A stretch of DNA of 64,000 nucleotides from Haliotis rufescens (Eukaryota), in NCBI RefSeq assembly GCF_023055435.1, contig NW_025964001.1, positions 20,088,001 to 20,152,000 on the forward strand, in the 5' to 3' direction. The notes under the pieces are model-generated. The model was not told the origin of the DNA, searched no databases, and was given only the letters and a program-made list of their open reading frames with translations. Each line of letters begins with the position of its first letter. Position 1 is the stretch's first letter. Below, one piece after another: positions 13,264-25,600 of this stretch. Made by a program: the position numbers and the translations under genes.

Positions 13264-13535
13264 TTTCCTGACCTCATGGATAACCAACTTAAAAATGTCA
13301 GCGTTCTTAGGTTAAAGATTCATTTGGTCTCGCATGACGAAAACTCAATTTCGCTGTATGTATATTCAGCTTAATCTATTGACAAAAATGTGATGTGTGT
13401 ACATCTATAAATTATGTATATAACATTCGGATTTAACTCGACTATATAAACAGACTGGACTTTAAGTCTATGCTTGATGTGTTTCAGATTCTCCATAGAA
13501 TTGCTGCCTTCTTCATCAGTTCACGTTAACCGGGA

Positions 13536-14272
13536 TGCCAAAGGTGTACTGGACGTCGCCAAGGGTGTACTGGACGTCGCCAAGGGTGTACTGCACGTCG
13601 CCAAGGGTGTACTGGACGTCGCCAAGGGTGTTCTAGACTTCGCCAAGGATGTACTGCACGTCGCCAAGGGTGTACTGGACGTCGCCAAGGGTGTTCTGGA
13701 CGTCGCCAAGGGTGTACTGGACGTCGCCAAGGGTGTTCTGGACGTCGCCAAGGGTGAACTGGACGTCGCCAAGGGTGTACTGGACGTCGCCAAGGGTGTT
13801 CTGGACGTCGCCAAGGGTGTACTGGACGTCGCCAAGGGTGTACTGGACGTCGCCAAGGGTGTTCTGGACGTCGCCAAGGGTGTACTGCACGTCGCCAAGG
13901 GTGTACTGGACGTCGCCAAGGGTGTTCTGGACGTCGCCAAGGGTGTACTGGACGTCGCCAAGGGTGTTCTGGACGTCGCCAAGGGTGTTCTGGACGTCGC
14001 CAAGGGTGTTCTGGACGTCGCCAAGGGTGTTCTGGACTTCGCCAAGGATGTACTGGACGTCGCCAAGGGTGTACTGGACGTCGCCAAGGGTGTTCTGGAC
14101 TTCGCCAAGGGTGTACTGGACGTCGCCAAGGGTGTACTGGACGTCGCCAAGGGTGTTCTGGACTTCACCAAGGGTGTACTGGACGTCGCCATGGGTGTTC
14201 TGGACGTCGCCATGGGTGTTCTGGACGTCGCCAAGGGTGTACTGGACGTCGCCAAGGGTGTACTGGACTTCG
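13536..14272. repeat. 21-bp minisatellite, about 35 copies (GCCAAGGGTGT(A/T)CTGGACGTC)
   Basis: Directly visible; unit length divisible by 3 gives long heptad ORFs on both strands. Confidence 0.97.
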
Positions 14273-14589
14273 CGCGGTGTCAACATCTGCAATCCAAACA
14301 AAATTGTGTCGGGATCTTAGAATTTGTTGTTATGTAAATGTAATGTATTGTAATGCAACTATTTTCAGATATTGTTGCGATACTCATTATATATAAAGTG
14401 TACATAAAATTATATTTACGTCAATATAATATACATGTAGTAATTAAAATGTTATAATATGTCTATCTACAACATAATGCTGACATTTGTTCTCCATTAT
14501 ACATTTTACAGAAATATTGTGCAATATTTTGGTCTTAATGAAAATTGAATTAAAATAACATTACTAAAGTGTTTTTGTGTTACTTATGT

Positions 14590-15560
14590 TTGTTCAACAC
14601 ATAAGCCCTGAAAGGAAGGATGTTTACAGATCCCAAGCCGCAAGAGAAACGAGTTGTAAGAGGCATGTCACCAAAGGATATACACGAAACGATTACAAAC
14701 TCACTTGGGGGTGACTTCCCCTCATATTCAACTGTTGAAAAATTGGCTGCGATATTTTAAGCGGGGCAGAAGTAGCACGGAAATTTACTTCTACTGAATA
14801 AACATTTCTAGTTATGCATACTAATTAGGTTTGAAGTGAAAGGCAACCATCGGGCTGTTCGTCCTGGTTGTTGTGCTATTCGGCATATTGCTGACACTAT
14901 TGGGATCAGCCCGGGTCAGTACAGTTCATTTTAACTGACACCCCACGACGGCAAGCTGGGTACCCAGGATGTTGACACAAGATGAGAATCTCATCAGACG
15001 AAATACATCCATGGACCTTTTGACCAGTTACCAGCAGTATCTTTATTTTCAACAGTATTCCACTTGTACACCAGGATAGACATGAATTCATCACTTTGAT
15101 CAAGAGTCAAAACTTCAGAGCAAACAATGGAAACAGTTGGCCTCATCCCTAACAAGGAAGTACGGGCGTCAGTTGGCAAAGTCATTACTTCGGTTCTCTG
15201 TGACAGTATACAATAAATAAGGGGATCATCATGATTGACTATCTGCATCGAGGTCGTGCCATGCCACAGCGCCATGTCACTGGAGGAAAACTCCGCTTAG
15301 GTGAGTTACTGCTTCAGTACAATGTGCTACATGCACACATCACAAGTGGCAGTTGCTTCAGCTGCAAATAGTGGCTTTCAATTACTTCTCCATGCAACTT
15401 TCTCTCCTGACCTAGCATCCTCTGACGTTTATCTCTTCCAAAAACACAAATCACACATACGTGGTAGACTTTTTACCAGTATAAACGACTTACCAGTATA
15501 AAGTGATTTTCATCGTTAAGGCCTATCTGGGGCACCAAAAGGAACACTACTGGGCAGGAA
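14590..15560 (+). mobile_element. Decayed mariner transposase fragment
   Basis: FSPDLASSDVYLFQKHKSHIRG (YSPDLAPSD motif), ASVGKV remnants. Confidence 0.75.
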
Positions 15561-15749
15561 TATCAAATAAGAAACTTCAATGCCACATGTGACTATATAT
15601 GTATTTTGTAAAAACATAATTTGGTCTCATTAATAACGATTAGAATTTGTAAAATGTACATCTTGTCCAAGAGCAAGGTGAAAGCATTCTTGTGTTTCTT
15701 TATATGGTGTTATATTTTCTCAATCTTAAACTGTATTCTCTTCCCTCCA

Positions 15750-15918
15750 GGGGCGGTCGGGTACCCTAGTGGTTAAAGCGTTCGCTCCTCACGCCGAAGA
15801 CCCGGTTCGAATCCCGACAGGGGTACAATGTGTGAGGCCCATTTCTGGTGTCCCCCGCCGTGATATAGCTAAACGCAGGGTAAAACCATACTCACTCACT
15901 CACTCACTCACTCACTCA
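15750..15918 (+). mobile_element. tRNA-derived SINE (family A, CACT tail)
   Basis: A/B boxes, (CACT)n tail, 12-bp TSD CTCTTCCCTCCA. Confidence 0.9.
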
Positions 15919-16775
15919 CTCTTCCCTCCATGCTCTACTTAGGCCAAATTATAATTTTAAAAACCAAAACCAATACATAATTACTGGAAACCATTAGTTG
16001 TCATTTACTAGTTTCATCTTCGTGGCTCAATACTTAAAAACTATTTAGATTTCTGCTTTTCGTTTTATGGCAAATATTTCCATTAATTTCATTTGCTTGT
16101 GATAATTATCTGTTTTAAACTTTTCCTTTTGAAGAATGGGTGAAATGGAAACTCTTCTTTACGAAATAAACTGTCACGTGTGTCTTTATGACTACATGTA
16201 TACCAAGGAGTACATACAATTTAAGCTGGGTTTATAAAATAAATATGAAATAAAATTTTATTTCATGAGCTGGCCATACAAGAATATTTTGAACAAATAT
16301 CTTAGTAAGGCAGCCGGATGTGAAGTACAAGGAGAAACGAGGGTGTACGTTTGGTGATAGTGAAACAAATTTGTTCAGATTTGAGCACATAAACACCATT
16401 TACAAAAGTCGAAGTGATTCATCTTTTCGTATTTTTCTCTTTCACTTATTCTATATATTAATTATAATTGTACTGTAAAAACAATAATATTTCCTTCTTT
16501 CACCTTCGCAAGTTATCGTTTCCTTGTATTAAAAATAGCCTACTCAACGCTTCTTGTGTTTTAAAATTTACTGGTATTAAATGTGTCCAATTATTTTAGG
16601 TGTCGGGCTTTTTTATAAATTAGGTTTAAACCGTTAACAACGCATAAAACACAAGAAGTATAGATATACGGCCTGTATGATTGCACAACGAAGCGATGCT
16701 GATGAAAACTTTTCAACGATTTTGATTGAAACTACGTGTAGTCCGATACTTGGCGATGTCACTTTGAGGATTGTT

Positions 16776-17760
16776 GATTTAAACATATTTTATTCAGATT
16801 GAAATGGATTGGGAACAAGTTATCCAACTTAGGACTCCCTCTCCATGGTATTTACAAAGCTTGTACAGTAAATCATATACAAGGAAAACAGAAAAGAAGA
16901 TGAGTGTAAAGATAACAAGAAACGTACAGAAGAGAGAGACTAGTATATGTACATTAAAGTGTTTCCCAAATCTCTTTGTATGACTTATAAACATTTGCAC
17001 TGATTTAAAGATGTGTTGATTTTCGATAATGGACAAACATTCATTTCCGTTTAACATCAAATTTAAATCTAATTTAGCATTTTTGTTCACGGCGTTCTGT
17101 AAAATGTCCCGAATTATTATTAACATAGTTTTTCTTTGGTGGACGTACAATGGACACTTTAATAAATAATGATATGCGTTTTCACATGGATCACCCCATT
17201 GACATGTTGGATCACATTTTACCTCTATTCTGTATAAATCATAATTTAACTGGCTTTTCATGTATCTTAATCGAGTATGATAAATATTCAACTTTCTAAC
17301 ACCATAGGAAAAATATGGAGGTGCAATGACTTGCTCTTTTTGTATGTATGTCTTGAATTGGGATGTAGATGTACAATTTCTACCTGCTGCAGGAATAGTG
17401 TTCCATAACCTTACAGTTGATGGAATAAAAGAACACGTTGAGTGTTTTAATCTAGTATATGGAATCTCAATATTGTCTGAATTTCTTAAATTATATGATA
17501 CATTTGAACCTACAGTGGTTGGTACAATGTCTTTAAGGTAAGTTGGGGCAATATTACTTTGTATTTTGTAGAACAAACATAGCTTACGTTTCCTTCTTCG
17601 TTCTATTAACGTTTCCCATCCTGTTTCATAATACAGATGTGTGTGCGAAGTATACTTTGGGAGCCCAGTAACTACTCTGGCAGCTTCTAGTTGGAGATTT
17701 CCTAACTGAGTTGATAATTCTATATTACACCCATCCCACACTTCACACGCATATTCGAAA
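16776..17760 (-). mobile_element. 5'-truncated LINE (CR1/L2-group-like ORF2 C-terminus)
   Basis: 315-aa ORF with WD..LQLEAARVVTG, L..RR..KL..FYKI, SFIPSTVRLWN and a C-terminal Cys/His knuckle; AATAAA near the 3' end; flanking direct repeat TG(A/G)GGATTGTT at 16765-16775 and 17761-17771. Confidence 0.88.
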
Positions 17761-18069
17761 TGGGGATTGTTCCTTTGGACCTTTTAGCCGCCTTTGATAA
17801 TGTCCGATGTCAGTTACCCCGAAGTTGTTTTATCACTAATGAATGAGTACTGACACCTATGGAAGAAACCGGAATCTCTTCATGATATATGATCCAAACT
17901 GTCATTTTTCGTATTGAACGTATTGAATCAGCTAGCTGCGTATGTACTAATCACGGCCACTTCCGTCAATTTTATTTTGACGTCATAAACACTGACATTT
18001 TCATTGGGATTTTTTGTCGGTAAATTAAACTCACGGGCAATTTTCAATGATGATATAAATGTCATATGT

Positions 18070-18292
18070 TTGTTTGTTTGTTGTTTAACGCCGCACTCAG
18101 CAATATTCCAGTCATATAATCGAGCATTGACCAGACAATCCAGTGATTGACATCATGAGCATCGATCTATGTAATTGGGATACGATGACATCCATCAACC
18201 AAGTCATAGACTGACCACCCGATCCCATTAGTCGCTTTTTACGGCAAGCCTCGGTTGCTGAAGACATATTCCACCCCGGATCTTCACGGGTC
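18070..18292 (-). mobile_element. Family D retroposon
   Basis: 8-bp TSD TCATATGT; begins GACCCGTGAAGATCCGGG. Confidence 0.88.
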
Positions 18293-18955
18293 TCATATGT
18301 CTATCATCGTTAGGATATGTACTTTTCAATAATATGAATTATTATACATCTAGATTTCCAACACGGATGATTTCACTTTCAGGTACATTCAGGTGCTTCC
18401 ATATTACGGGTAATGTAGAAAAGGAGCAAACCAAAGACGTATATATACGCCTTTGAGCAATCTTAGAATACCAGCACTTTCATCCCCTTTTAGTTTGGAT
18501 TTGCTGAATTTAATTTAGATATTGTTGGAAAAACAATCAACTCAAGTTGAATATTATCCAATTCGATTACACTGTGTGAAGAAATATGAACATGGTAACC
18601 CTTGTTTACAATGTATACGTTTTTCGAAAACGCGACCTCAGCAAACCTAGACTGGTTCGCTGTCCTCTCGACAAAGCGCTCAAGTTGGCAAACCTAACAC
18701 CGAATACCGTCTTGTGCGTAACAGATAAAAAATACCAGTTTATCGTCTCGCTCTACGTAGACTGGAACCGGTCCACGGGTTATGCCGCTTGTGGCAATGA
18801 CATACGCTATATATGCCAACTCTCATGCGACATCGAAATAAAATATATTATGTTCTGACCAAAATGTCGTACTTTCTACTACTTTTAGACAAATGAAAAA
18901 CGTAATCACGTGACAATCAATATTGTTATTGATATATGAGGCATAATAGAACAGC

Positions 18956-19681
18956 ATGGCGGACAATGACCGTTCCTCTCCCGTTTCGGACGAATCAACA
19001 ACGACGCACGCGCCGTCAGATGCAGACAAGGCGGCAACGTCGGTTGATTCAAGAAATACAGTTGTCGAGAAAACGACCACGATGGATTTCAAAGTGCCAG
19101 TTAACATGCTGATGTCACCAGTGCCAACAACAAGCGATCTTATATCGGATGTTAAAATTAAACAAGAATCCAGTTCTTCAGAAAAAGACAGGAAAGCAAA
19201 CGAAAATAATGCAACAGAAGACTCTTCAGGACAAAACACAAACAATAAAAAGAAGACTGACACGACATCAAATGCTTCAGGCTTTTCTCCTGCTGAACAA
19301 TTGAGGAATGCGCAGGTTACTATTCCGTACAAAGAACCTTCATGGAGTGGACTGTGCGACGAGTCTTATCAGTTTGAAGTGCTGAAAAATGGTTCTATTA
19401 TTGATAACATTGATCTGACAAAACAACCATTCTATGTTTTTGGACGATTACCAAGCTGTGATGTAACAATGGAACATCCTTCCTTATCTCGTTACCACGC
19501 TGTTATACAATTTTCAACTAGTGACAGTGAAAAAAGAGAGAAAGGGTGGTATCTGTATGATTTAGATAGCACACATGGAACTTGGATAAACAAAGTTAAA
19601 GTAAAGCCTAAAGTATACAACAGAGTTCGAGTGGGCCATGTTGTGAAATTCGGAGGAAGTTCTAGGCTGCACATACTCCAG
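18956..19681 (+). CDS. SLC4A1AP: Kanadaptin exon 1 (N-terminus and FHA domain)
   Basis: ATG at 18956; PYKEPSW, FGR..SRYHA..STHGT FHA motifs; donor CAG|GTATGT. Confidence 0.95.
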
Positions 19682-22600
19682 GTATGTATTTCTTTTATAC
19701 AGTACAGATTCCCAACCAGAATAGGTACCCCATAACCCACATGAAATTTGATTGATTATCATGCTGTCAGTAACTGGTTTGCTTGGCCAAGATGTGATTG
19801 TTATACGGACATCATATACCTGGAACATTTCTGACTGCAATGTACTGAATCAGTAATTATTAACACTAGGGTTAAGAAAAGGATCCCTTGACTTTCAGTC
19901 TAAAGTCTGAATATTGTAACTTCGGCCTACCTTTAGATTCAGCACCACAACATTTACCAACACATCACAATATCAGCGTTAGAAATTGGCACTAGTCCCG
20001 TAGTCCTTGCCTAACTAACCAATAGTTAAGGTGTCTTAAGGACTAGTAGAAATTTTCATTTTTTAAGGGTTTTGATGATATCATTAATGTTATCATTATA
20101 AGGCCTAGTGGACTAATTTCTACCACTGAATACCCTATGAAGTATGAAGTAATCATGGTAATGTGTGAATGTTTTTGGAAGGATATACCAGCAAAACAAT
20201 ACCCTGTGACATCAAGTTTTTAATGGGAGTTAATTTTATGTATTTTGTTTGTTTTTTGTAAACAACTCATTACTAATGCTCAAATGACAAAGCAAAAGTG
20301 AATGATTACGTTAAGGGAAGTGGCTGATACATATAAGTTTTTAATTGTGGGGATGATTTGATTATCAAAGGGACTGAGAAAACATTGAAAGTGCTGGAAG
20401 AAATGGTTTGGTTTCGAAAATATTTGAGCTTCAGGAAACTGTCATGGAACTTCCACACAAACCGCTTTAAGTTTCATTCATCACCATTTCACAGGGATTG
20501 CCCTCACAAGAATTTGTAGTGCTGAATTCTAAAGGTGCTCTGTAACTACCTGCACTTTTTGAAACAACCAGTTATCGAAATTGTTCATGTGCCAATTTTT
20601 TCAAATATGCCCTCCCTAATTAGATCAGCTACATTCTCTTTGGATAGGGTCCAGATGATGACAAGGAGGAGGAATCTGATTTGAGTGTGACCGAGATAAA
20701 GGAACAGAGAGAACGACAGAAAAAGGAAGCAGAGGTGCTCCACCAGGCAGAACTGATAGAGGAAGAAACTAGAATGCAGAAGGAGAAACAGAGGCTAGAA
20801 GACAAGGGCTGCACATGGGGAATAGGTAGGATACATAACTTCAACAATAGGGGCAACATACTATAAACAACAAAATATATTAATCCTTTACTAACAAAAT
20901 AAATGTACCTTTACTCTGGGTTAGGTTTAGATTTAGAACTTACACTCTCTCTCTCTTCAAATGCCTGACATGTTGTCGCTCTTAAAAGCAGAATCTCTAT
21001 CTACCTCAAGGCTGTTGGAATATAATGTAGTTGTGGGCCTTTGCTAGGCTTTTCAGTTATAGATGGAAACTTTCTTCTGTTGTGTTGTCGACCCGCTGAG
21101 ATCCGGCGTAGAATAGGTCTTCAGCAACCCATGCTTGTTGTAAAAGGCGACTATGCTTGTCATAACAGGCGACTAACTGGATGGGGTGCTCAGGCTCGCT
21201 GACATGGTTGATGCATGTCATCGATCCCAACTGCGTGGATATTAATCACAGGATTGTCTGGTCCAGACTCGATTATTTACAGACTGCTGTCATATAGCTG
21301 GAATATTGCTGAGTGCGGCATTAAACAACAAATCATCCAACCAACTGTTGTGTTGTCAGCAGTCTTATCACTGTGATTGACCCAGAGATAATATGACTGT
21401 TGCTTCTAACTGTAAACTAACCCATTTAAAAGCAGTTTAGAAAGAAAAGAATAAATGCTTTTATGATTTCAGAGATAGAAATGTTGTTTTTCTTGTGTGC
21501 CACAGGACACTTACAAAAATGTTTAGGCATGCCCTTTGGAATTTAAGAGAATGAATGCGAATGCATATTTGAACTTAAGCTAGATGATAAACGGTTGTTA
21601 TTTAGATGTTTGTCTCTTTCCTTTTCATTGAGATTGATAACATCCAGGGTGTTATTTAAAGAAAAGATATTCTTCTATAGTGTGCTGTTTAGGCACCGGT
21701 GATGTATTGTAACCATGCATTTATTTATGATTTTAACAGTGTCATTTCCACTCCAGTAGAAGGACTTTCAAACCCTGAATTTTCAAATGTTAAGACTCAC
21801 ATGAATTATCAGCTCAGTCAACTAAGCTCAAAAGCATCTACTTATTCCAAATGTTACTTGACTCTGACTCTTAGCTTGTGTGTTGCCATAAGCTAATTGT
21901 ACTGGGTTGAAAGTGACACAATGTAAGTGGTCCACTGCAATTAGCTGTCGTTACTGGCATATATTTCAGTGCTGATGGCACGCTTAAGATCATAACAACA
22001 TGGTGAAAATAAGTTCCAGGTGCTTGAAGGACACACTTAGAAAACATATAAATTTAACAACTCTAACTTGTGACAATGTTTGTTTTATGAAACCACAAAT
22101 ATATATTTAAAAAAACATAAAAAATAATGAAAAAATGAACTTGCTTAATGCACAGTGTGATTCATAAAAAAATATTTTGGTTTCAGAAATGAGAAAGAGT
22201 ATTATCACAATTATCGATCTCAATGGAAAGGAAGGGGGAAAGGATTCAAAATTACACCTGGTAATTAGCTTAGCCTTGGTGAAGTGGCATTATTGATTCT
22301 TCTGGTTAGCACACTTTAATTAAAAAAAAGGCACACATCAACATCTTTATGAGCGTCCTGTTGCGCACATAAAATATTATCCCATCCTTTTCTAGGGTAT
22401 AAACATGTTAATTAACGTCAAGCTGCATCAATTGCATCTTTCCTCCCACATTAAGCTGACACACTGTGATATAACTGAAATACTGTCGAAATTTATCACA
22501 CTCACTTCTTGCTTGAAAGAACTGTTGCCAGATGCAGACTTGAATTTAGTGGTTGAAGTTTGAAGAGATATTATATTGTACGGCTGGATGTAGTTGGATG

Positions 22601-25600
22601 AGTTATTATGGCATGTTGCACTCATACTATTTACTGTTTTCCTTGCTGTAGATGAAGATGCTGAAGAAGCTAATGAAGACAGTCCGTTCATGCCGTCTTC
22701 AATAATACCAGAAAATGAACATCTCTATATTGATGATCCTAAGAAAGCACTCAAAGGCTACTTTGAGAGAGAAGGTGGGGTACTTGAAATTTACGGAAAT
22801 TATCAATGAGAATTGCAGCTGAGACATTTTGTTAATAGTTGCGGTTTGCCGTTGACACTTTCGAGATGTTTGGAAGCGGCAGTCTGCATTATTCCAAAGC
22901 TGATTACAAGTATTGACTTCTGAAAAAAGTATTGTATTTACAAAACGAGATCAACTCCACTATGAACAATATATAACAGAAACTGAAATTGAGACTAAAA
23001 ACCTCATAATTAACAATTGAATTGACAGTTATTGATCTCACCATGATCACAGAGTATGAAACACACATTGTTATTTTTCAGGATATGATTTACCGGAATA
23101 CCAGTTTGTGGAGAGCGGACAAGGAAAACACAAGTGTATGGTGGAGTAAGTACAAGTTAAATGTTAACATCCTATTAAAAAATGTCACATTTTAGGTGCC
23201 ACAAAATATATTAATGCATCAATTAATTGACATATATGTTTTCTAAATCAATACATGTAAAAGTGATAGATCGCGAGTAACATATCTGCCAGATGAAAGT
23301 TGTAGTGCTGCTTAATATTTCCGAACAAGTTTAAACTGAAACGTGCAACACTAAAGGTTTCGTAACAACATCGACTTGGTAAATGTGAATATTAATTGTG
23401 GGCAATTTACATCTGCCCTTGGTCCAGTGAATATTTTCAATGGTTACCTCCAGTGGACCAAAGGTTCAGTTGAGCTTATGGCATGCCATGTTATTCCTTG
23501 TCTGTCCATCAATCTGTCATCTGTCTGTGCATTAAGCGTGCAATGTCTTCTCCAAACAGAACCCTTCAGCCAGTTTGATGATTTCTTGAAATTCTTCAAC
23601 AAAACCACAATACCGTATTCGACGTAATAAGCGCCCAGGGCGCTCTCAAAATTAGAAATAGGGGGGCTCTTATTAGAATATTATTTTAGTGGAAAAAAAC
23701 AGAGTTGAAAGATAAAGTTCGTGGTTTATGCTGACGGTCTGAACTGTTTATATACGACAGATATATTTTTCCAGATTAATTAAGGGGGCATATAACACAC
23801 GAGTGCGTATTATACACGAATAAATAAGTCTTGTGTACATTGATCAATCGGAAGGGATGCTAAGTGGGATTGTTCACTTGCCAATATATTAGCAAATATC
23901 GCCATGGGCGCTTATTAGAGCGGGGCGCTTATTACGTCGAATACGGTACTTCAATTTGGAAAAGGTTTAAGCATGATCTTCTTAAAGGCGACATTTTAGT
24001 AGGACAAGTAGAACTACCATGGGTCACATTTAATCATGGCATTTAGAATTAAGCATTTTTGTGAAAATTGAAACTTTAAGTGAATGTTTGTAGACATAAT
24101 TTGATGAAAATGTGCTTTATAATTATTATTTGTTTGTTTGTTGTTTAACGCCACACTCAGCAATGTTCCATCTATTTGACGGCGGTCTGTAAATATCTGA
24201 GTCTGGATCAGACAATCCATTGATTGACATGAAGAGGCCTTGTTGCCGTTATCCCTGCATCTTGCTCCTCTGTAGTGACCAGTATTTATGTGTGTGTGTG
24301 TGCAGGCTGCCTGTAGATACCCCGACTGGGGAGCCGGTTGTCGCAGAGGTGGTGGTGTCGGGGAAGAGGAAAGATGCCGTTGTTGCCTGCGCACTGGAGG
24401 CATGTCGCTTGCTGGACAAGCATGGGGAGCTTCGGAAGTCAAAACATGGTATTCATTTCTATTCTAACCATACAACAATGGATGTCTCCAAAACCTGCTG
24501 GAGATTTCCAGACATAGCGTAGACACTAGTTGGGGCTGTGTGACATGGTAACTAGGTGTTGCTAAGTAGAAGTTTCTTTTCATGTATATCCTACCCCTTT
24601 ATTTTAAAATTTGGTGACTTTGCAGATTAGTTTTAGAATAAAAGCAGTTCTGCAAATGGACTTTTCAGTGTTTTGATTTCTTTGGAAAACATAAATACAA
24701 ATCTCTTCCGTTTTCTTACACCATGCACACGTAATGTGTTGTAAACATGATGCAGGCCGCATAAAACACAAAAGTCCTTAGATTATCCTCCCCTCGATCT
24801 CAAAGGTTTTCTATTTGTCTGTCCCAAGCACCCAATTGTTGTCATGGAAACTGATTAAAATATTGTTGACTGTCTTTAACAACATTCTCAGTTGTTCGAC
24901 TGCTCGAAGCCTTAAACAAAAATCTCAGAATGTTTGCATGTACATGTTTATGAATGAGCTGCTACAGGACTCCAGGGCTGTATTGGTTTTGAAGACAAGA
25001 ACACATTTTGGGCTTGAGTGTATGAGTGTTGACTTGCTTGTCAGTGTTTGTGTGGGGTGTCACTAGTGATGGGACGATACGACGATACAGTATTGAATAG
25101 CGATACGAGGCCGACGATACAATACATCTATTTACAACCCCTGTATCGCGATACATATGATACATTTCATTACGAGTTATATTTGTGTAAAAACATGTGA
25201 ATAATAACAGAAACTGTTCAACCACAAGCTTATGCAGATTCTCTAGTATTTCATGGCTGGACATGAATAGCATGACTTTCACCGTGCCCTCTACCAATAT
25301 GTTTCTGCCTTACATATCCCATCTTTGATCTCTAAAATTTAATAACAAATACCGGTAATTCAGGGTTGTGATTCATTTGCAAGAAAAAAGATCAACTTGT
25401 GAAATAAAAGTACTGTATTATATCTCACCCATAGTATCGGGATATGTATCGTATCGCAACCCCACCGTATCGTGTCACCTCTACGTGTCACAAGCCAGAA
25501 CAACACAACGCTGTTTACATCCAGTAAAGCTTTAATTCAAAATGAGTTCAGAATTTAGTTCAACCTGGTAACAATATACACAATATTTTATGTTAACTTC

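Noticed and set aside
13474-14337. Long repetitive ORFs (287, 244, 222 and 223 aa) as real proteins, or the array as a CRISPR
   Set aside because: By-product of a stop-poor 21-bp minisatellite open on both strands; there are no unique spacers and the context is eukaryotic.
15750-15830. tRNA gene
   Set aside because: A/B boxes belong to SINE heads followed by a body, CACT tail and TSDs; no complete cloverleaf. The same applies at 26326, 49543 and 62882.
18823-19332. 169-aa antisense ORF
   Set aside because: Shadow of kanadaptin exon 1.
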